The position numbers and the translations under genes are program-made. A model generated the notes under the pieces. It had not been told where the DNA came from and did no database searches. It saw only the letters and a program-made list of their open reading frames with translations. From contig NC_043005.1 of assembly GCF_006345805.1 (NCBI RefSeq), positions 35,030,001 through 35,094,000 of the forward strand: 64,000 nucleotides of DNA, written 5' to 3'. Shown here piece after piece: positions 51,843 to 64,000 of the stretch; the stretch's first letter is position 1; the number at the start of each line of letters is the position of its first letter. Source of the DNA: Octopus sinensis. Its lineage: Eukaryota.

Positions 51843-52414
51843 ATATATATATATACATATATACATATATCTATATACATTAATGTGTAATTGTGTCTGT
51901 CTGTGTGTCTGTTTGGGGTTACTCCAACTCCTCTCACACCGTCCAACAGATTTTAATGATTTTTGATACACAGGTAGAACACATGCCCTGAAGTTCAAAT
52001 AAGGTAGGAATTTTTCGAAAACTCGATAATGCGCAGTTGGCATCGATTTTTGTGAGCTCAATCGGGCATTTGAATGGAAATTCCCATAACGATATTATTT
52101 TTCCTGCAGTTTTTGCATTTTTTTGTCTGATTTTGCTGATAATCGATGAGTGAGCGAGGCTCCTGGCAGTGAGTTGATGTCAATACATGGCATTGACAAA
52201 AAATCGATAATTGCACCTGAGCAGTGGTTTTATAAAATCAATAGGTTTATTGTGTGCAAATACCCATAGAGATTTTATTTTTGACTGTAACTTTTACATT
52301 TTTTATCCAATTTTAATGAAATTTGAAATGTAGGTAAATTTTGTGGTGGGGGAGATGGTAAAGATATTTAGTTGATTCAAAAGGGCTTGAAAAGGGCACA
52401 AATGCAAATAAGCA

Positions 52415-52738
52415 TTGCTTGCTCATGAAATTAATCTGCAAGTGGCTGAGTACTCCACAGACACATGTACCCTTAACGTAGTTCTTGGGGAGATTCAGCA
52501 TGACACAGAGTGTGACAAGACTGGCCCTTTGAAATACAGGTACAACAGAAACAGGAAGAAAGAGTGAAAGTTGTGGTGAACGAATACAGCAGGGTTCGCC
52601 ACCACCCCCTGCCGGAGCCTTGTGCAGATTTAGGTGTTTTTGCTCAATAAACACTCACAACGCCCGGTCTGAGAATCAAAACTGTGATCCTATGACCATG
52701 AGTCTGCTCCCCTAACCACTGGGCCATTGCACCTTCAC
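52415..52738 (-). mobile_element. tRNA-derived SINE, third family
   Basis: Head tggcccagtggttagg..; related pieces at 60835-61003 (-), 3495-3795 (+) and 1345-1665 (-). Confidence 0.72.
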
Positions 52739-52825
52739 ATAGATACATATATATATATATATATAATATATATATATATATTATATGCATATATTTATAA
52801 ATAATATATATGCATATATTTATAA

Positions 52826-52872
<47 letters not shown>

Positions 52873-53476
52873 TGTTCTTGTATCTCCTCTCTTGACATTG
52901 GATGATAGTACTGTCATTGCAATATAAGTAGTATTAGTAATTTCCAATCGTCCATGGAAACATTTCCAAGAATGGTAATATTTCATCTTCAGGTTGGTAA
53001 CAGGAAGGGCATCTGGCTACAGAAAATCTGCATCAACAAATTCCCTGCGTCCCATGCAAAAATAGAAAAGTGTATATCAAAACAACAACAATAATAATAT
53101 AATAAAAGTATATCTATTTATCTATCTCTCAAATTATCTGTTGCTCTCTAACAAGTTTATGGTGAACCCAGTGCAGGGAAGACCTCTAGAATTTTCAGCC
53201 CCTGGACAATATCCTTGCTCACTGCTATTGAGGTACAGATGATTATCTGCAAGTGTGAGCCCTGTGATTCTCTACTATTTTCTGGGGCAATGCCTTTTCC
53301 ATTTTGTCTGCTGGGATCACAAGGCTACCTGAATTACAGGAAATTGAGAGAATTTAAGAATTTCTATCTATCCATATATTTGCTGTAACTACACCTATTT
53401 CACTATTCTCACCATTCATAACAAACATTATTAATTAAACTATGTTTGATACAATTTAGGTGTTAAAGTGACTTAC

Positions 53477-53574
53477 TTCAATGACCAAATAACGTCCAGG
53501 ATCCCTTGACATTTTACCAAATTCAACCTCTAATTCTTTAAAAGAGGGTCTGCTTTCAGCATCCAGCATCCAGC
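53477..53574 (-). CDS. EGFR: EGFR kinase end exon
   Basis: tgcag|(C)[32 protein letters not shown]|GTAAGT; 98 nt. Confidence 0.95.
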
Positions 53575-53698
53575 CTGCAAAAAAGCAAAAAAAGCAATTG
53601 AAACAATTTAGTATTTTATTTTATCTTTTTTAATTTATCCTATTTATGAAACATATTCATTTTTTCCATAGTCATTGATAATCATGAGCCTCCTACTC

Positions 53699-54230
53699 TT
53701 ACATTATTTACAATTGACGGATATTTGTCCTCATCTTGTTTGTTGTTAACACGTTTCAGCTGATATACCCTCCAGCCTTCATCAGGTGTCTTGGGGAAAT
53801 TTCGAACCTGGGTTCTCATTCCTAAGGTATTTTTTGATGTTGTTGTTGTTGTTTATTATTATTATTATTATTATTCAGGTCACTGCCTGGAATCGAACTT
53901 GGAATCTTGGGGTTAGTAGCTTGTGCTCTTAACCACTACGCCATATGCCCATGGGCATATAGCGTAGTGGTTAAGATTCCGAGTTCAATTCCAGGCAGTG
54001 ACATGAATAATAATAATAATAATGATAATAATAATAATAATAATGATAATAATAATAATGATAATGATAATAATAACAACAACATAGAAAAATACCTAAA
54101 AAATACCTAAAAATACCTAAATGTTGTGTTAACAACAAACAAGATGAGGACAAATATCCGTCAATTGTAAATAATGTAAATAATGTACATAATTCCTCAT
54201 CTCTTAAATATAGAACTGTACTCCTTCTCT
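53699..54230. mobile_element. Fold-back element with a tRNA-derived head, (AAT)n and an HHR remnant
   Basis: Centre gcccatgggc at 53951/53952; arms end at 53699 and 54179; A box TGGCGTAGTGG and B box GTTCGATTCC; HHR core on the minus strand at 53748-53790. Confidence 0.75.
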
Positions 54231-54892
54231 TACTGTCCCACCCACAACTTGGTACATTATTGGATCAGTCTTTCTGAAGACAGCTGGTTAAGGCCATTCC
54301 ATATCTTCTCTCCTTGTCTTCCCAAATTTCTTGTTCCATTTAATTTCCTGGTTGTCATGAAATGCTCAAGGATTTTTATCTTTTCGTATGGTGACCAATG
54401 AACTGAGCCTGTTGTCTGTTAAGAAACTTTCTGGCAACAGTAAACTGGCTGAACTAGCAAGGCAGTAGACAATATGTCTTTGATACACTTAATTATGTCT
54501 CTTTACAATAAGAATTCAAATCCTGCTGAGGCTGTCTTTACATTTTGTTACTCATATATCAATACTGTAAGTATAAATTAAGTACTAGAGTTGATTTAAT
54601 TACACACCTGACCCCTTGTTTATCTCTGAGAGGAATTCAATTTTCCATTTCTGTTTATCACATCAATTTATCAATTGGATGGTTCCAGTGTTAGTTGCCT
54701 GACATTAGTTAGTTCCACAGAAATACCATTCAGGTTATCTTTTTCTTAGAATCCGTGTTATAATCACAGGTTTAATGAGCAAATAATTATGTGCACAATA
54801 TACTAAATAACTGCAGAGCAGGATTCAGAGAAGATCTTCAGAAAACATCTTCAGTTTAAAATACAAAAGAATTAAAAGAGGACATCACTCAC

Positions 54893-55039
54893 ATTTAATC
54901 ATTATCATGTAGACATCGATTGTACAAATGTTTGGCTGTGGTAGACGTTCTCCTTTTTCTAGCAAGTCTGGGACATGTGCTGCTCGAACATTTTCATAGG
55001 GTCGCTGGCCATACGTAAACAACTCCCAGACAGTGACCC
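54893..55039 (-). CDS. EGFR: EGFR kinase C-lobe exon
   Basis: ctcag|(G)[48 protein letters not shown]+T|GTGAGT; 147 nt. Confidence 0.95.
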
Positions 55040-55226
55040 CTGAGAAAAGAAAAAACAAATTCATAACATGATTTATATTTTGAGAAAAAATAAGATCCTT
55101 GATATATATGTTCAAGCATTCAGTCTTTTAGGCCCTTAACTCTAACGAAATGCAGTTTTGATGTGTGTTAGTTAATTACTAAAATAACAACTTAATTAAT
55201 TATTGAAATGATAAAATATTTCAATG

Positions 55227-55263
<37 letters not shown>

Positions 55264-55857
55264 TTTAATGATAACAATAATACCAGGCAGTGGCTCACAT
55301 GGCTTTTATGTTATCATGTACACTGTTTTGTCTTGGTATAAAAGATGGGCTACAGCAAATATTCTGCTCAATACCACAGATTTACTTGTCATTTGGTCGA
55401 CAACAATACCTGTTGTTATAGGTGCCCTAAGAATGATAGCAAAAGAGATTGATTGCTACCTATCTCAGGTATCAGGAAATCCCAAAACGGAAGAAATTCA
55501 AAAAAATAAAGCTCATAGAAACTGCTCGTATCCTATGAAAAATATTGCCTATGTAATCCCTAAAACATTTTAATCTGTAAACAGTGTCAAGATAATAATA
55601 CGTAATAGCAAACACCTTTTACTGTCATCTTAAGGTCACACTATCATCTTATAATCAAATTCCTTTTAAAACAAACTTCTAATTTTTTAATGTTTTGACA
55701 GACATTCTTTAGAACAATACTTTGTGCAAAACCCAAAATATGACACCTAGTCATAACACCAACTTGAACTTCTAACTTCTTGTCTCTTGAGGTCTCTGGA
55801 TGAAATTTGGAACCGGCTTGTACAAACATAAAGCAAAAGCCAAATATAATAATGATG

Positions 55858-55899
<42 letters not shown>

Positions 55900-55903
55900 G
55901 TAA

Positions 55904-55956
<53 letters not shown>

Positions 55957-55979
55957 ATGATGATGATGATGATGATGAT

Positions 55980-57030
55980 GATACTGAGTTGCAGAACTTA
56001 GATATAAGAACCAGAAAGCGGCTAATAATGCACAATGCACTCCATCCTGAAAGTAATATTGACCGACACTACCTGTCAAGAAGGGAAGGTGGAAGAGGAT
56101 TACTAAATGAGGAAGACACTGTTGATGCTGCAATACTGGGGTTGATAAATTATGTTTTACAGAGTAAAGGAAGAATACTTTCAGCAGCCAGAGACACCAA
56201 AAAAATGACTGAAACAGTAAGAGAATTCAAAGTGAAAAGGAAAGAACAGAATGAACAAATGGAAAGAAATGGAACTGCATGGCCAATTTATGCAACAAAC
56301 TGAAAACGTCGGATGTGAAGCCCCTCTGGCTTTAGATGATGGATGGGAACTTGAAATGGGGAACAGAAATGTTAATTATAGCTGGTCAGGAACAAGCTAT
56401 TAGAACAAATCTGATTAAAGCAAAAATTAACAAAACTCAGCCAGATAGCAAATGTAGAATCTGCAGGAAAGAAGATGAGAGTATCAATCACATTTTCAGT
56501 GAATGCAGTATACTAGCACAAAAGGAGTATAAATGCAGACATGACAGTATAGGTAAAAGAGTGCAATGGGATGGAAGTCAAGTATGTCTTTAAAACACCA
56601 GAAAAGAGGATGAACACAATCTAGAGGCTGTGATAGAAAATGAGAATTACAGGATCTTGTAGGACTTCCCTAAAAGACTGAATATACTATTGAAGCAAGA
56701 AAACTGGACATGGTCAATGAGGATGAAATAAACAAACTATAAGTTCACAGATTTTGCAATCTCCTATGGCAGCAGAATTGATACCAAAGAAATTGAAAAA
56801 TTTGAGAAATGCCAGGATCCAGCCAGAGAGCTGAGAAGACTGTGGAAGACCAAACCAACAATTATTCCTATAGTAATAGGTGCACTTGGTACAAATATCT
56901 AAAAGGCTACCTAAAACACTGAAAGAAGTTGGAATTGAAACTTGCATTGTCAGCCTGCAGGAAAGTACCATTCAATATTCTACAAGAATCCTAAGAAAAA
57001 TTCTTGAGATTTGAGAAGAATTGTTTTCAC
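55980..57030 (+). mobile_element. R4/Dong-like LINE 3' fragment in an EGFR intron
   Basis: LHPESNIDRHYLSRREGGRGL and CRICRKEDESINHIFSEC..EYKCRHD; follows (AAT)n(AGT)n(GAT)n. Confidence 0.82.
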
Positions 57031-57624
57031 CAAAACTCAAGATAAAAAGTACTTGTGAACTAAATTAGTGTGCACTAGTGTAATAGTGATGGTGATGATA
57101 ATCATAATAAAAATAATTGCTTTAACTGGTACTTCACATGTATTGAGAAAAACATTGTCACTGAGAGAATAACCTTCAGTGTAAATAACTGTGTGTGGCA
57201 AGAGCACTGGTAACGTTTTACACTAGTGCTAGTGCCACATAAAAAGCACCCAGTACACTCTGTAAAGTGGTTGATGTTAGGAAGGGCATGTAGCAGGAGA
57301 AACCATGTCAAAGCAGACAATAGAGTCTGATGCAGTCCTCTGGCTTGCCAGTTAATGTCAAACCATCCAACTTATGCCAGCATGGAAGATGGATGTTAAA
57401 TGATGATGATGATTACATATATATATATATATATGAAGAAACAATGTGCACAAAAGAAGATAAGGGAGGGACAAGTTTTAACAAATGTTATATTAATTTA
57501 ACACTTATATATGTCTGCATAACTACTCATTGTGGCATACAGACATGCATACACACACACAGACTTTTACCATATATCTCTACTCCTATAGACACACACA
57601 TACATGCATATTAATCAGACTTAC

Positions 57625-57700
57625 CATAACTCCATACATCACTTTTATGAGTAAATATCCTGTGCTGGATGCACTCAAGAGCCAACCATTTAATTGGCAT
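57625..57700 (-). CDS. EGFR: EGFR kinase exon (P+1 loop to DVWSYG)
   Basis: tttag|MPIKWLALECIQHRIFTHKSDVWSY+G|GTAAGT; 76 nt. Confidence 0.95.
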
Positions 57701-57920
57701 CTAAAAAAAGAAAGAGAACATTTATTAGTGCCATTCCTTCTGATCAAATGCAGTGTTTTAGAGAATAAACATTCAGTGTTGTTGTTACCTATTAATTACA
57801 TATAACATTCGTAGTGTTGGTATTTACCTATAGTTGTATTATTTGTGTGGAAAAGAGAGAAACATTGTACCTACATCTACACATATATGTGCTGGTGTGC
57901 ATGTATGTATATGTGGGTGG

Positions 57921-57955
<35 letters not shown>

Positions 57956-58107
57956 GAGATAGAGAGAGTGATCTGTTGAGTGATGGAAAGTTAAAAAGAG
58001 AGAGTGCTAGACTAAGACTGATAAAGTAGGTAGGATATAAACAGTGGATAAATTTCTTTAAAGGCACAGTAATTAGAAAGATCAATAAATCAATAATTGA
58101 GACTCAC

Positions 58108-58199
58108 TTTGCCACCAGCAGCAATGTATTCTTCTTCGTTATAGTCAAGTAATTTGGCTAAACCAAAGTCTGTAATTCTTATTTGGTTAGGAGTTTGTA
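58108..58199 (-). CDS. EGFR: EGFR activation-loop exon
   Basis: ttcag|(L)QTPNQIRITDFGLAKLLDYNEEEYIAAGGK|GTGAGT; 92 nt; phase matches the previous exon. Confidence 0.95.
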
Positions 58200-59469
58200 C
58201 TGAAACACAAAAACAAGTGATACATTGAAAATATGAAATATAACTTATAATTATATATGCATATGTATGTCATTATTCAGTGTTATTTCAAGATTCCTTG
58301 CCAACAGAGAAAGAGTAAGTTTTTAACCTAGATGCAAAGCTCCTTCATAGGAATTTCAACAACAGGAGATTTTTGCATGTATGTATTTGTGCAGTATTTG
58401 GAGTCAAGTGCAGATTTGTATGTTTTGATTTATGTATGTATTCTCATGCATATAGATGTATGCTTAATGAGCTGATGTTTGACATCGTTGGCCATTTCAT
58501 TAATGCGTCGAGAACTTGTGTTATTACTAAGTATGATATTCTTCATAATGTTATCGGGTTTTTCCTGCATAATGGTTGACAAAACCTCTTTGATAATTGG
58601 GTGAAGTAATGTTTCTCCAATTGTGTGAAATGCTGACTACCAGCATTTCAAAAATTAAAGTTTATTGAAAATTTTAGAATTTGGCACATTAATGTACCTT
58701 TTTAAGCTAAATTGCTGGAGTTATTCAACTTTTTCCAAAAAAAAAAAAAAAAAAACGTTTTTAAAAAGTTATAGAGGTTTGATCATTTTCCCCCAGACAA
58801 GAAACACGATTTCAAAGTTGGCCTTTTGTGTGTGGCTGTACATTTTGTCAAAATCCTGAAAATAGCACCTGTGTTTTAATATGAAACTAAAGAATTACAC
58901 ACAACATATAACCCCTCATAACTTTTTATTTTCGGAGTTTTCAGAAAATGTTTGCGAATTTGAATTCTATACACGGTACTACATACGATCATGCAAAAAA
59001 AAAAAAATTGTAGTGGAGTTTGATTTAAGGCTAAGGCCTATTTGGCTGCTATTTTTAGCATGCATGACAACCATCTCAATGACTGCGATAAAAATATTTG
59101 ATCAATAAACAGATCCGCATGCGAGTAGTCAAATCCATAAAAGTGCATCCTTATTCTAGGTATGCCTAGATATCACTAAATGCAGGCTTAATTTCTAAAA
59201 CTTCATTGTCACCCACAAAATGTTCATATCACCCACCAAGATCTCAAATTACCCTCCATTTTCTAGAAATTCACCCTTCACCTATCTGTAAGTTGAAATT
59301 GCCCACTTTGGGAAGCTATGATATATATAAAAGTATATACATATATATATATTAGTGTATATATATATATATAAAAGTAAATATATTTATACATGTATAC
59401 ATATATAAAAGTGTATATATATATATATATATATTTATTAACGTATATATATATACATCATCATCATCA

Positions 59470-60440
59470 TCGTTTAATGTCTGCTTTCCATGCTGGCATG
59501 GGTTGGACGTTTTGACTGAGGACTGGTGAAGCAGAAGGCCGCACCAGGCTCCAATCTGATCTGGCAAAGTTTCTACAGCTGGAAGTCTTTCCTAATGCCA
59601 ACCACTCTGAGAGTGTAGTGGGTGCTTCTAAGTTCCACTGGCACAAGGGTCAGTCAGGCATGAGTGCCAATCAGGCAGTACTGTCATTGGCCATGTCAGC
59701 GATTTTGATTTCACTTGCCTCAACAAGTCTTCGTAAGCAAAGTTTATTGTCCAATGAATGAAGGGTACTCATAAGTGGGCTGGTCACACCCTCAACTGCT
59801 AGGGTGTGACATTTTTTCACACAGCTGTCCTCATCCATTTGCAACACATGACCATACCAGCACAGTTGTCTCTCTTGCATACCACATCTGATGCTTCTTA
59901 GGTCCAACTTTTCTCTCAGGGCACTTACACTCTGTCGTGTATGCACACTGACATTACACATCCAGTGGAGCATATTGGCTTCATTCTTTGCAAGCTTATG
60001 CATGTCCTCAGCAGTCACAGCCCATGTTTCACTGCCATTGTAGCATGGCTGTTCGCGCACATGCACCATACAGTCTACCTTTTACTCTGAGCAAGAGGCC
60101 TTTTGTCACCAGCAGAGGTAGGAACTCTTTGAACTTTGCCCAGACTATTCTTATTCTAGCAGCTACACTTTCAGAGCACCCACCCCCACTACTGACTTGG
60201 TCACCTATCAACTACTTGTAGTTTTTCTTCCTGGAATGTGACAGAAGCTGTTCTCTGCACATTTTTAGTGTTTATTGCACCTGAGCACTTGTCACATACA
60301 AAAACTATCTTCCCAGTTAGCCTTCATTTGATATTATTGCACCTCTTATGTGTCCATAGCTTACACTGAGTACATCTTATGGAGTTTCTACCTATACTTT
60401 TTCTACAGATTGAGCAGGGTCATCTACCTGAAGGGATCTG
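59470..60440 (-). mobile_element. RTE-clade LINE 3' fragment in an EGFR intron
   Basis: GGGCSESVAARIRIVWAKFKEFLPLL..KGRLYGAC, NGSETWAVT..WYGHV. Confidence 0.82.
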
Positions 60441-60477
60441 TGGTGTGTCTGCCTTCCTACTTATTAAGATTTTGGTA

Positions 60478-60493
60478 CATACATACATATATA

Positions 60494-60531
<38 letters not shown>

Positions 60532-60617
60532 TAAATTAGAGATAAAATATATATATATAAAAGTATATATATATATACTTTTATATAAGTATATATATAT
60601 ATATACTTTTATATAAG

Positions 60618-60649
<32 letters not shown>

Positions 60650-60664
60650 TATATTATATTATAT

Positions 60665-60698
<34 letters not shown>

Positions 60699-60707
60699 TA
60701 TATATAT

Positions 60708-60741
<34 letters not shown>

Positions 60742-61050
60742 TATATTATATTATATTATATATATTTTTTTTTTTTTTTGTACTTGTTTCAGTCATTTGA
60801 CTGCGGCCATGCTGGAGCACCGCCTTTTTTTTTAGAGTGGTGAAAGAGTACAGCAGGGATCACCACCTCCTGCCGGAGCCTCGTGGAGCTTTTAGGTGAT
60901 TTTTTCGCTCAATAAACACACACAACGCCCGGTCTGGGAATCGAAACCGCGATCCTCCGACCGCAAGTCCGCTGCCCTAACCACTAGGCCATTGCGCCTC
61001 CACATATATATATATATATAATATTATATATATTATATATATTATATTAT

Positions 61051-61124
<74 letters not shown>

Positions 61125-61125
61125 T
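60478..61125. repeat. (TA)n-rich tract with embedded SINE fragments
   Basis: Direct reading. Confidence 0.9.
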
Positions 61126-61446
61126 AATGCTACTTTTTAATAAACTATAAGAATTAAGAAAAATTACATTCCCCAAGTGTAAAACCTCCTAAGCACTGTT
61201 GTATTACATGAAACAATACAAACAAGAGCAGGAACAATGAATAACGACATTAATGAGGTAAGAAAATCACACTTTACAAAACGAATGAATTTCCTTTATT
61301 TGTTGCCAATCATATTTAGGCATCTTGTGTTATGACTAATATGACATGATATTTAATAAAGTATAATCAACTATCTGAACTGTGACTTTAAGTAACTTCT
61401 AATATCAATTGATAGTTAAGAATTATAAAGGTGTTGCCATACTTAC

Positions 61447-61510
61447 ATAAAACATTCCTAGCAGCTAAATCTCTGTGGACAATGGCTCTGCCTTCTAAAT
61501 AAGCCATACC
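61447..61510 (-). CDS. EGFR: EGFR catalytic-loop exon
   Basis: ttcag|GMAYLEGRAIVHRDLAARNVL+T|GTAAGT; 64 nt; not in the ORF track. Confidence 0.95.
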
Positions 61511-62510
61511 CTGAAGCAAACAATATACTAATTACAGATTTTCATAATAAAGTTTTCAAATAACTTTAGAACAAATTATAAACATTTTCAGAATATTTCC
61601 AAAACAATATAAACAATTTCAAGTCTTCCAGCATAGTAGTTAGGTTGTTAGAATAACTATCATAAGTTTACAGGTTCAATTCATGAACCAAGTGATGCAT
61701 TGTGTTCTTGTGCAAGGTACTTCATTTTACTTTTCTCCATTTTACCAGTCTACTCAGCTGAAAATGAACACCAGCTGACTGATGGTGTAGCTGTCTCTCT
61801 CTCTCCATTTGTCATACCCTGGACGTTCTGTTGGGTAGGAGGGCTGTCAGTTTGCAACTACATAGTTAGCAAAAGATACATGTCTTATTCACTTGCCAGT
61901 AACATCTATTCTAAGATATATTTTAATGTTTTAATGAAGAAGTACCTTCAAAATATTTGTTAAGATAATAGTAATTAGTTTAAATATTTTAATGATTTTT
62001 AGTACATAACATATATTGTACCAACTGTATGTATTCTGAATAACAGATTACAATAACTGAATATACTAAAAAAATTATAAGCTCTGAGTTTTGTAGATTT
62101 TTAAAAACACAACAACTTTTAAATGTAGCTGAAATTGAAAAATATAACCAGCAATATGTTCCTTGCTGCTGGTTTTATCAGCTGCAACAAGGATTCTGTC
62201 AGAAGAACAGACCAACACTAAGTGTCTATCACCATATGCAAGTACCAACTGAGTTGGTTGAGACATGTTATAAGACTTCTCACCAGCAGATGTGCCAACC
62301 ATGTCCTTAAGTGGACCCCTCAGAGGCAACAGCACAGAGGATGTTCCAAGATGAAATGATCAACAGAGACCATCAGCCAGTAAATCTACTGTGGAATAAT
62401 GCACTTAGGGTAGCTGCCTTATGCACTATCAAATGCAGGAGCACCTAAGTGTAAGTAATACAATATACACTCAATAAATCTGACATTTCAACAGAAAAGA
62501 AAATTCTTAC

Positions 62511-62795
62511 CTTAGCAATCTGTGTACACCAATTGAGTAGAACTTGGGATCCTATAGCTTTCTGATTTTTGCGGATATAATCGAGCAGACATCCGAGTGG
62601 CATGAGGGGTGTAATCAACATCATCTGAGCAGTCATACACACAGCTAATATCCTGATACAACATTGTTGATCAACTGAGCACATTACTCGAGCTTCCTCT
62701 AACAATTCCTTATTCTGGCTTGGTGATGTTCCTTCTTGGAGAACTTTTATTGCAACAGGAATCTTCACATTTTCTCCATCAGGAATCCAAAATCC
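62511..62795 (-). CDS. EGFR: EGFR/ErbB receptor tyrosine kinase, kinase N-lobe exon (upstream exons lie beyond the window)
   Basis: [19 protein letters not shown]...[14 protein letters not shown]...[10 protein letters not shown]; acceptor cataaag, donor AAG|GTAAGA; 285 nt. Confidence 0.95.
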
Positions 62796-64000
62796 CTTTA
62801 TGAAACCAGAAATATTAAAACAGGTAAGTCGCCAAGTAAATATATAAAAGGAACAAAATAGCACCAAATGCTAAATGCCAAAAACGAGAAATATTGAATA
62901 TTTTATTTTCTGGCGGACAAAAAACAAAACAAAACAAAAACCAAAAAAAAACTAAGAAACTAAACACCAACTTATGATTTAAAACTGATACTCGAATCAA
63001 CAATTTTTAAAAGGCTACATCAACTACTGCTAAGTCAAAGGTGTAACAACAGATGAGGGTGGAAGCCTCCCTGACAGGGGCATATATGAATGGGCACAAA
63101 ATTTCTTCTTGTTTATTAAGCCTGTCCCCTAAATTGGAGGTGTTAAAGATTCTCTTTACCTGCAGGTATTGAGAACCCTTGCTATAACACTGAAATAATT
63201 TGTCATTAGATCCATATTCTACCCACTTTGTTGTACGTGATGTGAAATACCCACATCAAGACAAGTGACCTTGTAATTTTATTTTTTCTGAAGATCTTTA
63301 GTTTTATCAACTGATACACAAACCCCTTTGACTGTTATCTATTTCTTAAAGTCTATGACAACACACACACACACACACATATATATATCTGTCTGTGTTT
63401 GGACTGTCTCTGCACAGGTGTCACCTGGACTCCCACTTTTACTGTGAACAAGATTTAATCTTCTCTCTTTATTCCTTTGTGCCATAAGGGCTCAACTCAC
63501 TACCTCCCTTCATCTGACACCAACCTCACAGATTCATATATACATCCCACATCCAACTGCCCTCCTCCACCTACATACCTGCATACTCCCTGCCTCAGTA
63601 CCCTCTCCACACCACTATACAAACATCCATACACACTGTTCAACTCATTACTCATCTCACACACCATTACACACATACCCACAAACACCTTCTCACTCCA
63701 CACACACCAGCACTGACCACTTCCCAGCACCCGTACCATTATCCACATACCCACACACAATCTTCAGTAATGTCACCATACATACCACTATACAAACAAC
63801 CACACACACACTGTTTAACTCAGTACACACACGACCATGCACACTCCCACACCTACACAAGCACATAGTACCTGAATGCAGGCAATATACACATGCACAC
63901 TATTTGGTCACAGACATATATACACATGTGCACACACCACCTGAATAAGCATACATCAACTGCTACACACAACACACACACACATACATTAGACTCATTT

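Noticed and set aside
51868-52400. Possible Helitron-like element (tctatata..tgtctgtctg start); similar at 25350-25540
   Set aside because: No 3' hairpin/CTAG end identified, so not called.
60925-61003. Apparent tRNA gene (also 53879-53950 and other SINE heads)
   Set aside because: No clean cloverleaf, and each continues into a repeat body; these are SINE heads.

Overview
Eukaryotic, AT-rich, microsatellite- and retroposon-dense DNA. It is almost certainly Octopus: the GPCR matches, from memory, O. vulgaris cephalotocin receptor 2. Two host genes lie on the minus strand. (1) A complete vasopressin/oxytocin-family receptor CTR2 in three coding exons (20176-20168, 6729-5793, 4281-3947; 426 aa). 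(2) The last ten coding exons of an EGFR/ErbB receptor tyrosine kinase (62795 down to 44569), all with GT-AG sites and matching phases. The rest is tRNA-derived SINEs, RTE, CR1 and R4/Dong LINE remnants, a mariner relic and three decayed Penelope-like elements (PLEs). The most notable unexplained structure is a set of type I hammerhead ribozyme (HHR) motifs at about ten loci from several sequence families. Most sit in head-to-head fold-back palindromes of 190-900 bp with the HHR pointing outward in the arms. One is tied to a GIY-YIG PLE remnant, one is fused to a tRNA-derived head, and one lies in sense orientation just downstream of the EGFR stop. All calls were read by eye. Repeat boundaries are approximate and no database search was run.
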